A stretch of DNA of 24,000 nt, from the NCBI GenBank assembly GCA_030681515.1, contig JAUXSE010000018.1:7790-31789 (forward strand). The letters run 5' to 3'. The position numbers were made by a program, and so were the translations under genes. The notes beneath the pieces were generated by a model. That model made no database searches, was not told where the DNA came from, and was given only the letters and a program-made list of their open reading frames with translations. The stretch comes from Geothrix sp. (GTDB lineage Bacteria > Acidobacteriota > Holophagae > Holophagales > Holophagaceae). Shown here one piece after another: positions 15,767 to 23,179 of the stretch (within the stretch, counting starts at the first letter, position 1; each line of letters begins with the position of its first letter).

Positions 15767-16495
15767 CTAGCCGATCACGCCGCTGCGGGAGGGTGTGGGC
15801 CGGCGGCGGCGCACGGCGCGCTTGGTGGGGGCGGACGCAGTCTCCTTCCGGGGGCGGCCCGGGCCGCGCTTGGGAGCGGGCTCCTTCGGCTTAGCGGCCT
15901 TCCGGACTTTGACCTTCTTGTCCTTCTTCACGTGTTCCCGCCGGACCAGCGCCGCGGCGGCCCTGCCGGTGACCACCACGCGGGTGCCATCCTTCAGCTT
16001 CTTGACCTTGCTGCCCGGCTTCCGGCCTCGCTTGAGGCTCATGGCCAGCGGTTCCACATCAAGCAGTTCCCGTTCGAGCTGGGCCTGGAGAGCCATCATC
16101 TCCCCCCGGTCCATTTCGTGGTCGTGGCCGCAGAGATGCAGAAACCCGTGGATGACCAGCGTCTCGACCTCGCGCCTGCGGCTCACGCCGAATTTCTTGG
16201 CCATTTTCTCGGCGGTGGGCAGGCTGATGACGATATCGCCGAGATGGGGGAATGCGCCCTTTTCCACGCTGGACGGGAAGCTAAGCACATCCGTGGTCAT
16301 GTTTTTTCCGCGATGTTCACGATTGAGTTTCCTCATGCCGCGATCATCTACATAAGTCATGGAGATTCCCTGTGCCTCGGGAGCAAGCCGATCTCGCAGC
16401 GCGTGAAACAGTTTTCCAAGGGACTGTTCGCCAGGCCCGCGCATTTTGCTGCGGCTCGACCAGTCAATCATGAAGGACGGTCGTGTCAGAGTCAT
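15767..16495 (-). CDS. ybeY: rRNA maturation endoribonuclease YbeY with a long basic C-terminal extension
   Basis: TDVLSFP and the zinc motif HGFLHLCGHDHE (residues 116-127). AGGAGAAGG lies upstream of ATG 16495. 242 aa, whereas the family is normally about 150-160 aa. Confidence 0.9.
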   Translation of the reverse strand: MTLTRPSFMIDWSSRSKMRGPGEQSLGKLFHALRDRLAPEAQGISMTYVDDRGMRKLNREHRGKNMTTDVLSFPSSVEKGAFPHLGDIVISLPTAEKMAKKFGVSRRREVETLVIHGFLHLCGHDHEMDRGEMMALQAQLERELLDVEPLAMSLKRGRKPGSKVKKLKDGTRVVVTGRAAAALVRREHVKKDKKVKVRKAAKPKEPAPKRGPGRPRKETASAPTKRAVRRRRPTPSRSGVIG

Positions 16496-16606
16496 GGCCT
16501 TCTCCTAGACAGGATCCAACAAAGGGGAATCATTATTAGCTGGTCTGATGAATTCGTCAATGTGGGGTTTCTAGGTGAAGGAATTACATTGATGTCATCG
16601 CTCTGA

Positions 16607-16635
16607 AGTATAGAAGTTGATATTTTAAATTTCAA
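16607..16635 (-). promoter_or_regulatory. Near-consensus sigma70-type promoter facing ybeY
   Basis: On the minus strand: TTGAAA (16635-16630), a 17-nt spacer, then TATACT (16612-16607). This lies inside a ~230-bp AT-rich block and predicts a ~100-nt leader. Confidence 0.35.
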
Positions 16636-16729
16636 TTCAAAATCATCCAAAACAGTGAATACAAAGAAGAAGGACCTCATATTCAGGAAAATAAAACTCG
16701 GGTGAAGGTTCCCCTGGCATCCTGGATGG

Positions 16730-17308
16730 ATGGATATCCGCCTGCCCACCGACCTTTCCGCCCCCCTGGGCCGGTTTCTGGTCCTTTTGGACCGGTGGAA
16801 CCGGACCCATGCCCTGACGGCCCTTCCGGCCGCGGATCGCCGCGAAGAGCTCCTGCTGGACGCCGCCTCCCTGCTCCCGTTTCTCGCCCCGCTTCCCCGG
16901 GGAGCCCGGGTGGCCGATCTGGGCACGGGCATGGGCTCGCCGGCGGTGGTGCTTGCGCTGGCGAGGCCTGATCTGGAGGTGCTGGGGGTGGACGCCTCCG
17001 CCAAGAAACTCGCCTTTTTACGCCAGGTGGCGCTGGAACTACCGGTGCCCAATCTCCAGGCGGTCCACGGCCGCCTGGAAGCGCTCCCCCCACTGGGTGC
17101 CGACTGGGGCACCGCCAAGGCCCTGGGTTCCCTGGAGCAGCTGGTTGGCTGGTGGGCCCGGCACGGCAAGCCTGGGGCGCCCTTCCACGCCCTCAAGGGA
17201 GTGGATTGGGCCATGGAGCCCATCCCGGATGGATGGTTGGCCATTCCTCACCCGTACTCGCTCCCGAAGCGGGGGCGGCGGGTGGTCCTGGAACTGCGCC
17301 ACCCCTGA
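16730..17308 (+). CDS. rsmG: 16S rRNA (guanine527-N7)-methyltransferase RsmG (GidB)
   Basis: LLDRWNRTHALTA (family WN..NLT motif), a SAM-binding motif VADLGTGMGSPAVVLA, and a family-typical length of 192 aa. The SD is weak. Confidence 0.85.
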   Translation: MDIRLPTDLSAPLGRFLVLLDRWNRTHALTALPAADRREELLLDAASLLPFLAPLPRGARVADLGTGMGSPAVVLALARPDLEVLGVDASAKKLAFLRQVALELPVPNLQAVHGRLEALPPLGADWGTAKALGSLEQLVGWWARHGKPGAPFHALKGVDWAMEPIPDGWLAIPHPYSLPKRGRRVVLELRHP

Positions 17309-17317
17309 AAACGAGGA

Positions 17318-17338
17318 GGGCCCCCGTCGTGGGGGCCC
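17318..17338. terminator. Hairpin between convergent rsmG and the LysM gene
   Basis: gggccccc-gtcgt-gggggccc has an 8-bp GC stem and sits in the 49-bp convergent gap. No U-tract. Confidence 0.5.
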
Positions 17339-17357
17339 CCCTGTCTCGAATCCTCGA

Positions 17358-18530
17358 TTAGCGGGTGAGGGTATCGCCGGTCCGGACTTCCTCGTTGGAA
17401 CGCAGCACCCGGCAGGTGGCCGTCTGAGCCTCGGTGCGGACCACCAAAGCCTGCCCCAGGTAGTGGGTGGTGGTTTCAGTGGGGGGCTTCTTGTCGGTAT
17501 CGGAACCCACGGGGAAGGTTCTCACCCGGACGGCGAGGAGCACCTCTCCGACCTTCAGGCCGTCGTTGGCGCCCCGGTCAATGATGATCATGTCGCCACC
17601 GGCGGAGTGCTGCTTGGCATCGCGGGTGTACACCACCAGGGCGGAGTTGGCGGCGACCTGGATCGGTTCGGCGGTGTCCGTCCGCAACTGCAGGGGGAGA
17701 TTGGCGGGTTCGGTGAACCGCACCAGATGGTCGCCGATCTCCACGGTATCCAGGCAGCGCTCGATCACCGCCACGGATCCCTTCGGCAGGACGGTGGTCA
17801 CCCGCACCACGCCGATCTGCTGCACGACATCGCCGAGATTCTTCTTGGCGATGGTGGGATGCGCCAGCTTCCGGGCCACGGTCTTGAGGACGAGAAAGCG
17901 GTCCCCGGTCTTCACGCCCTGATCGGCCCCGCCGTTCATGTAGACCGTTTCGCCATCGCCCAGGAAGCGGCGGTCGTCCCGCTTGTTGGAGGTGATGGTG
18001 AAGGCGCCCTGGCCCTTGTAGTGGGCCTCAGCGCCTTCGGCGGCGAAGAAGGGCAGCTGGATGAAATCCTGGAAGGAAAAGCCGAGCTCGGGGCGGCGGA
18101 CGGCGCTGGGATCGGCACGCCGCTGGTCGGGTTGCAGGTTGGCCACGGCATCCGGCATGGAATCCGCGGTGGCCACGGCCCTGGAGAGATCAATGATCAG
18201 CGGGTCGCCGGGGTAGATCCAATGCGGATCCTTGACCCACTGGTTCAGCTCCCAGATCTGCGGCCAGGCATAGGGGTTGCCCAGGTATCTGCCCGCCAGA
18301 TCCCAGAGGGTGTCGCCCTTCTGGACCATGTGAGTCCTGGATCCCTCGGGAACATTGAGTTCCTTGGGGTAGTCCCACTTGGAGGCGTGGGCCTCGACTT
18401 TGATGGCGCCGGCGGGGGCTGCCTCCTGGGCGCCCAGGCCCGGAACGGCGAGCGCCAGGACCGCGAGGAGACCGGGCGCCACCACAAGGGTGCGCCACCG
18501 GCCGGCATGCAGGCGATTGGGCTGGTGCAT
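17358..18530 (-). CDS. LysM peptidoglycan-binding domain protein, secreted
   Basis: Signal peptide (RTLVVAPGLLAVLALAVPGLGAQEA) and a LysM motif (HMVQKGDTLWDLAGRYLGNPYAWPQIWELN...IYPGDPLII). Confidence 0.85.
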   Translation of the reverse strand: MHQPNRLHAGRWRTLVVAPGLLAVLALAVPGLGAQEAAPAGAIKVEAHASKWDYPKELNVPEGSRTHMVQKGDTLWDLAGRYLGNPYAWPQIWELNQWVKDPHWIYPGDPLIIDLSRAVATADSMPDAVANLQPDQRRADPSAVRRPELGFSFQDFIQLPFFAAEGAEAHYKGQGAFTITSNKRDDRRFLGDGETVYMNGGADQGVKTGDRFLVLKTVARKLAHPTIAKKNLGDVVQQIGVVRVTTVLPKGSVAVIERCLDTVEIGDHLVRFTEPANLPLQLRTDTAEPIQVAANSALVVYTRDAKQHSAGGDMIIIDRGANDGLKVGEVLLAVRVRTFPVGSDTDKKPPTETTTHYLGQALVVRTEAQTATCRVLRSNEEVRTGDTLTR

Positions 18531-18564
18531 CAGGAACCCCCAGTTGAAGATTAGGTATCGCAGA

Positions 18565-19476
18565 TTATAGGTCTTCGACGCGGATCATATCTGAAAATAA
18601 TGACAATCGGTTGCGAACTTCGTCCTGGCTGATCTGCTCCAGGCGTTCGGTGGAGAATTGTTCCACGGTGAAGCTGGCCATGACCGAGCCCACCAGGGTG
18701 GCGTGCTTGAGGGCCGTCACGTCCATCCGTTCGATCCAGGCCAGGTAGCCCAGGAACCCGCCGGCGAAGGTATCGCCCGCGCCCGTGGGGTCGAAGACGT
18801 TCTCGAGGGGATAGGCCGGCGCCGCGAAAATGCCCTCGGGCGTGAAGAGAACCACGCCGTATTCGCCCCGCTTGACCACGAGGATCCGGGGGCCGAGCGC
18901 CTGGATCTTCCGGTAGGCCTTGATGAGGCTGTGCTCCTGGGTCAGTTCCCGGACCTCGGCATCGTTCACCAGGAGGATGTCCACTTCCTTGAGCACGGCC
19001 TCCAGGGCCGGCCGGGCGCCCCGGATCCAGTAGTTCATGGTGTCCAGGGCGATCCACTTGGGGCGGGTGGTCATCTGGCGGACGACATCGAGCTGGAGCG
19101 CCGGATCAATGTTCCCCAGGAAGAGGTACTCGGATTCCCGGTAGCCGGCGGGGAGGTCCGGGCGGAAATCCGCGAAGACGTTCAGATCGGTGGCGAGCGT
19201 CGTGGCTTCGTTGAGGTCGTAGCCATAGGCGCCCTTCCAATGGAAGCTGAGGCCCTTGACCCTGGAAAGGCCCGTCAGGTCAATGGGGCGGTGGTCGAAG
19301 ACGCGCATCTGGTCGGGGCCGAAGTCCTCCCCCACCACGGCCACGATCCGGACGGGATGAAAGCGGCTCGCGCTCAGCGAAAAGTAGGTGGCGGAACCCC
19401 CCAGGGCATGGTCCCGCCGCCCGAAAGGGGTTTCCAGGTCGTCGAAGGCCACACTCCCGACTGCCAGCAGACTCAT
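18565..19476 (-). CDS. PfkB-family carbohydrate/nucleoside kinase
   Basis: The PfkB signature DPTGAGDTFAGGFLGYL near the C-terminus and an N-terminal MSLLAVGSVAFDDL...GGSATY. The track start at 19482 is a TTG. I prefer ATG 19476, with GGAG upstream. Confidence 0.85.
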   Translation of the reverse strand: MSLLAVGSVAFDDLETPFGRRDHALGGSATYFSLSASRFHPVRIVAVVGEDFGPDQMRVFDHRPIDLTGLSRVKGLSFHWKGAYGYDLNEATTLATDLNVFADFRPDLPAGYRESEYLFLGNIDPALQLDVVRQMTTRPKWIALDTMNYWIRGARPALEAVLKEVDILLVNDAEVRELTQEHSLIKAYRKIQALGPRILVVKRGEYGVVLFTPEGIFAAPAYPLENVFDPTGAGDTFAGGFLGYLAWIERMDVTALKHATLVGSVMASFTVEQFSTERLEQISQDEVRNRLSLFSDMIRVEDL

Positions 19477-19504
19477 GGTCAAGACTCCAAATCATCAACG
19501 CGGC

Positions 19505-20257
19505 TCAGGGCTGGGCAGGGGGGGGACCGAAGTAGAGCACCCAGGCCTGGGTGCCGCCCATGGGAACCGGCGCCTGGGCGTAGCGGGCCACCATCGGAGC
19601 CTGGCCCGAAGCGAGCATCTCCCGAAGGCCTTCGTGCAGGGCGGGATCAGGCCCCAGTGTCACCTGGAGGCTGCGCCAGGCCAGCACCATTCCGTCCCCG
19701 AGACGGTCCTTGAGGCGCTCCATGGCGTCCGAAAGGGAATGCCCCCGGAGATCCAGGGATCCGTCCACCTCGATGGCCATGCCCGCCGCCAACTGGAAGC
19801 GCATGGGCCCGAGGGGCTGGGCCACGGGTTCGGATCCCGGCGGAGGGGGCTCCGGGAGCGCGGCCTCCGGGGCCTTCTCTGGAGCGGGCAGGGCTGGAAC
19901 CGATGTTGAAGGCGGGGCGGAGACGGCCGGAGGGGGCGGGGGGGCAGGGCGCTCGGGGAGGCCCTTCGCCAGGGGTTTGAGGCCTTTCAGATCCTGGATG
20001 GCCTCCTGGAAGGTCTCCGGAGCCGGGGGGTGGGGTGTGGGCGTCGCCTCGGGGGAGCCCTTGGTGGCCCCTGCTGTGGCCCCGCGCGGTGCAGCCGGTT
20101 TCAATCCCATGGCGGAGAGGAAGACGGCATCCTCGTCATCCAGGACGACGGGGCCCGTGGGCTTGACCGCGGGTTTGGGCAGGGGCCTGGGGGCCGGAGC
20201 GGGCGCTTCCGGGGCCAGTTGCTGCTTCAATTTTTCCAGATCCTGCTTCCAGGCCAT
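19505..20257 (-). CDS. Smr-domain protein (SmrA/SmrB-like) with a Pro/Ala-rich linker
   Basis: N-terminal DDEDAVFLSAMGLKP motif and a C-terminal Smr-like region (LDLRGHSLSDAMERL...VARYAQAPVPMGGTQAWVLYF). AAGGATGG lies upstream of the ATG. Confidence 0.7.
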   Translation of the reverse strand: MAWKQDLEKLKQQLAPEAPAPAPRPLPKPAVKPTGPVVLDDEDAVFLSAMGLKPAAPRGATAGATKGSPEATPTPHPPAPETFQEAIQDLKGLKPLAKGLPERPAPPPPPAVSAPPSTSVPALPAPEKAPEAALPEPPPPGSEPVAQPLGPMRFQLAAGMAIEVDGSLDLRGHSLSDAMERLKDRLGDGMVLAWRSLQVTLGPDPALHEGLREMLASGQAPMVARYAQAPVPMGGTQAWVLYFGPPPAQP

Positions 20258-20463
20258 GAACCATCCTTATCCTGACCAGAGTAGGCCATGACAGGCTCCG
20301 TCCAAAGCCCGCCGTTGCAATCCCGCACCGGTCCGAGGCAAAACGCCGCGATGGGCGCTGGTCCTCAACCGGAGTATGCTCGCGGACATCCAAGGATTGA
20401 CGCCGTTTGGCGTAACCTGGCACACCCTTCGCTCGTAGCCCCACCGTCCACCCTGGAGGTCCC

Positions 20464-21132
20464 ATGCGCCGCACCGCATCCCTGCTCGTGCTTCCCCTGA
20501 TCCTGGCTTCGGGATCCGCCCTGCGGGCCCAGAGCGCGCATATCGGGTTCAGCCTGAACCTGCTGTTTCCCACGGGAGAGTTCGCCAGCAAGACCTATCC
20601 GCCCTACTACAGCCCCTCGGCGGGCTACATCATCCCCGCCCAGACGGAGACCTACGATGTGGGCCTCGGGGGCAGTTTCACCGTCAGCTTTCCCATGGAC
20701 CGCACCCTGGCCATCCGCCTGAATCTCAGCGGTTCCGCCGAGAACGGCACCAACCGGGCGCCCGGCGAAGCCACCATCAACCTGCGCCACTCCCAGTTCA
20801 ACCTGGGGGGCGAGCTGCAGATCTTCCCCCAGGGCACCGCCTTCCGCCACCGTGGCCTCTACTTCGTGGCCGGCCTTTCCGCCGACTTCGAGACCTTCGA
20901 CCGCAGCTTTGGCGACCTGAGCTCGAACTACTACAACGATTACAGCGTTGATACCACGCGGAAGAGCCGCCTGGGCGCCACGGGTGGCATCGGCCACAGC
21001 TTTGGCTACGATGCGGGCACGCGGTTCACCCTGGAAGCCACCTTCCACAAGACCCTCACCGGGAACGATGTCAACGCCGGCGACCCCCCCAGCACGGACT
21101 ACTTGAAACTGGGGTTTGGCTTCGTGTTCTGA
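20464..21132 (+). CDS. Outer-membrane beta-barrel protein (OmpW/porin-like small barrel)
   Basis: Signal peptide (LLVLPLILASGSALRAQS), alternating amphipathic strands, and a C-terminal LKLGFGFVF ending in Phe. GGAGG lies 5 nt upstream. Confidence 0.75.
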   Translation: MRRTASLLVLPLILASGSALRAQSAHIGFSLNLLFPTGEFASKTYPPYYSPSAGYIIPAQTETYDVGLGGSFTVSFPMDRTLAIRLNLSGSAENGTNRAPGEATINLRHSQFNLGGELQIFPQGTAFRHRGLYFVAGLSADFETFDRSFGDLSSNYYNDYSVDTTRKSRLGATGGIGHSFGYDAGTRFTLEATFHKTLTGNDVNAGDPPSTDYLKLGFGFVF

Positions 21133-21147
21133 TGCCTTCCTCTACCC

Positions 21148-21177
21148 AAAAAAGGGCCCCGGGAGGGGCCCTTTTTT
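21148..21177. terminator. Bidirectional rho-independent terminator
   Basis: aaaaaa-gggcccc-ggga-ggggccc-tttttt has an A-run and a T-run flanking a 7-bp GC stem. It lies between convergent genes ending at 21132 (+) and 21193 (-). Confidence 0.85.
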
Positions 21178-21192
21178 GGCGGACGGGAAACC

Positions 21193-22047
21193 TCACCCCT
21201 TCTTGGTGGCGGGCTTCTTTTTCTTCGGCTTCGCGGGTTCGTTTTCCTCTTCCCTGCCCATCAATCCGTTGACGAGGCGGGCCACATCCCTGTTGGACGG
21301 ATCCAGCTTCTGAAGGCGGCGGGCGTAGGCCAGGCGCTCCGGCCGGGGGCGCGCATCGTCCGCCTTCACCTGTTCGAGTTTCCCGGCCACGTAGCGGGTG
21401 GTACCCCCCGCTTCGGTGATCTCCGCCTTCTCCTGGGCGAAAAAGGCCTGCCAATCGGCGTGGGTCTTGGCGGCGGTTTCCTTGGCCTGGCGGAGGCGGG
21501 CCAGGATGCCATCAATGTCCTTGAGCGCGCGTTCACTGTGGGCGATGGCGGCCCTCTGCTCGTCCATGAAGATCTTCAGTTGCTGCCGGAGTTTCACCTG
21601 CTCCTGGGAAAGGCCCGGGGCCTCGTCAAGTTCCTTGAGACGCGGGGCCTGCTTGGCGAGGGCCTCCTGGAACTCGCGCAGTTTGAGTTCATGCTCCATC
21701 CGCGTCTTGGCCAGCAGGGGTTCGGCGGTGCCCAGGTTCTCTTCCGCGGCCGACTGGGCCTTCCCCAGGTGGACGAGGGCCTCCTCCCAGCTGCCCTCGG
21801 AAACGCAGGCCCGGGCGGCGAGTCCCCGGAGCGCCACGAGGGCATACATATCGTTGTAGTCCGAAGGATTCACGGTGAGCCCCTCCCGGCCGAGCAGGGC
21901 TTCCACGCCCCTGCGCACGGTGGCGGCATCGCCCCGCTCGATCTGGAGCTCCCAGGGCCCCCGGACCTCCTTGAATCGGTCGGTGAGACTCTGGGCGCCC
22001 AGAGCCGTGGCCAGGGCGCAGGCAAGCAGGAATCCGAAGCGGGTCAT
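21193..22047 (-). CDS. Secreted coiled-coil protein with a lysine-rich C-terminal tail (paralog A)
   Basis: I place the start at ATG 22047 (MTRFGFLLACALATALGAQS signal peptide). Long heptad-like helical sequence ends in the tail EPAKPKKKKPATKKG. Confidence 0.65.
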   Translation of the reverse strand: MTRFGFLLACALATALGAQSLTDRFKEVRGPWELQIERGDAATVRRGVEALLGREGLTVNPSDYNDMYALVALRGLAARACVSEGSWEEALVHLGKAQSAAEENLGTAEPLLAKTRMEHELKLREFQEALAKQAPRLKELDEAPGLSQEQVKLRQQLKIFMDEQRAAIAHSERALKDIDGILARLRQAKETAAKTHADWQAFFAQEKAEITEAGGTTRYVAGKLEQVKADDARPRPERLAYARRLQKLDPSNRDVARLVNGLMGREEENEPAKPKKKKPATKKG

Positions 22048-22082
22048 GGGCGCTCCCCTCAGCATTGTTCCGGTAGGAATGG

Positions 22083-23099
22083 CTACTTCTTCTTCGCGCC
22101 GGCCTTCTTGGCAGGCCTTGCTTCCTTCGCGAAGGCCTCCTTGCCGGCCTTCAGGTTGTCGAGGGCCTTCTGGGCGCCCGCGTTGCCTGGATCCAGCACC
22201 AGCAGGCGGTTCAGGAAGGCGGCCTGGCTCTGGGGGGTGCCCAGCCTGGTGATGTTCTCGGGAGCGCGCAGCACCGCGTCCACCCAGTTCTTCCTGCCGA
22301 CGATCTTCACCTTCTTGATCACCTGCTGAGTGTTGAACTGGGTGATCTCATCGTTCTGGGTGGCCACGGCCCCCTTCGCCTTGGCGACGGCCTCATCGGC
22401 GGCCTTGATCATCCCTTCGACTTCCTTGCGGTTGCCCGCCAGCATTTTGGCGACCTTCGGCGCGTTCGCGACATTCTGCCTGTGGACGGGCAGGGCGGCG
22501 AGGATCTGGTCGAGTTCCTGCTGGTCCTGGGTGGCCTGGGCCATGCGCGCCTTGAGCTCCTCCACACCCTTGGCATCGAGCTTCTTCTGCTTGGCGTTCA
22601 CCGCGGCCACATCTTCCTGGACGGCCTTGAGGCTGGCCTGGAGCTGCGGCTCACGGGCGGCGTTCTTGGCGACGTAGTCCCCGGATTCCTGGGCCACCTT
22701 CTTCCACTGGGCGGCGATGGGCGAGAGGGCCTTCTCCAGATCGGCCATGGTGTCTCGCGCTGCCAGGGCCCGCTTCTCCTGGATCTCCAGGGCCTTTTCC
22801 CACTGGCCGGCCTCGGAGGCGACGTTGGCATGGAGGCGGTAGAGCGACATCAAGCCCTGGGCGTTGTCGAGGCTCTGTCCGATGGCCTGGGCCGTGGTGG
22901 CATTGAAGACGGGCCGTTCGGCGGGAACCAGCCCCTGGACCTTGGCCAGGGCCTCCTGGGTCTTCAGCTCCTTCAGCATCTGAACGATGCCGGGAAGTTC
23001 GGTGTTGAACCGCTGGGCGAGATCCAGGTTCACGGGGGCCTGGGCGACCAGGGCCAGCGGGGGGAAGAGCAGGAACGCGGGGAAGAGCAGTGGGCGCAT
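22083..23099 (-). CDS. Secreted coiled-coil protein with a lysine-rich C-terminal tail (paralog B)
   Basis: I place the start at the internal ATG 23099 (MRPLLFPAFLLFPPLALVAQAP signal peptide) rather than the track start at 23216. The tail is ARPAKKAGAKKK. It shares motifs with paralog A (GQWEKALEI vs GSWEEALVH; LLVLDPGN vs LQKLDPSN). Confidence 0.65.
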   Translation of the reverse strand: MRPLLFPAFLLFPPLALVAQAPVNLDLAQRFNTELPGIVQMLKELKTQEALAKVQGLVPAERPVFNATTAQAIGQSLDNAQGLMSLYRLHANVASEAGQWEKALEIQEKRALAARDTMADLEKALSPIAAQWKKVAQESGDYVAKNAAREPQLQASLKAVQEDVAAVNAKQKKLDAKGVEELKARMAQATQDQQELDQILAALPVHRQNVANAPKVAKMLAGNRKEVEGMIKAADEAVAKAKGAVATQNDEITQFNTQQVIKKVKIVGRKNWVDAVLRAPENITRLGTPQSQAAFLNRLLVLDPGNAGAQKALDNLKAGKEAFAKEARPAKKAGAKKK

Positions 23100-23179
23100 G
23101 GGCACTCCGGAAAAGTCCAGGCTCCAGGGTAGCGAAAAGGCCCGGACCGGGTGTTCTTGATCGCGACATTGTGACGGAA

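Noticed and set aside
16492-16680. 62-codon AT-rich ORF ending in an ATGA overlap with ybeY
   Set aside because: Not called as a CDS. It has no recognisable SD or motifs, its codon usage is alien to the genome, and it conflicts with the near-consensus promoter inside it. It is kept only as an alternative within a finding.
19932-19959. G-quadruplex-type motif GGGGGCGGGGGGGCAGGGCGCTCGGGG, and a G8 run at 19518-19525
   Set aside because: These are the antisense of proline codons within the Smr gene's Pro-rich regions. Such G-runs are expected by composition in ~70% GC DNA, and there is no evidence of a regulatory or phase-variation role.
1167-22329. Other long opposite-strand ORFs in the track (1167..2234+, 5511..6563+, 9763..10785+, 15494..16606+, 16953..18554+, 18658..19713+, 21460..22329+, 22482..23132+ and many shorter ones)
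   Set aside because: Each overlaps a gene with clear family motifs or a signal peptide on the other strand. Each also has low-complexity G/A/R/P/H-rich translations expected from reading GC-rich codons antisense.
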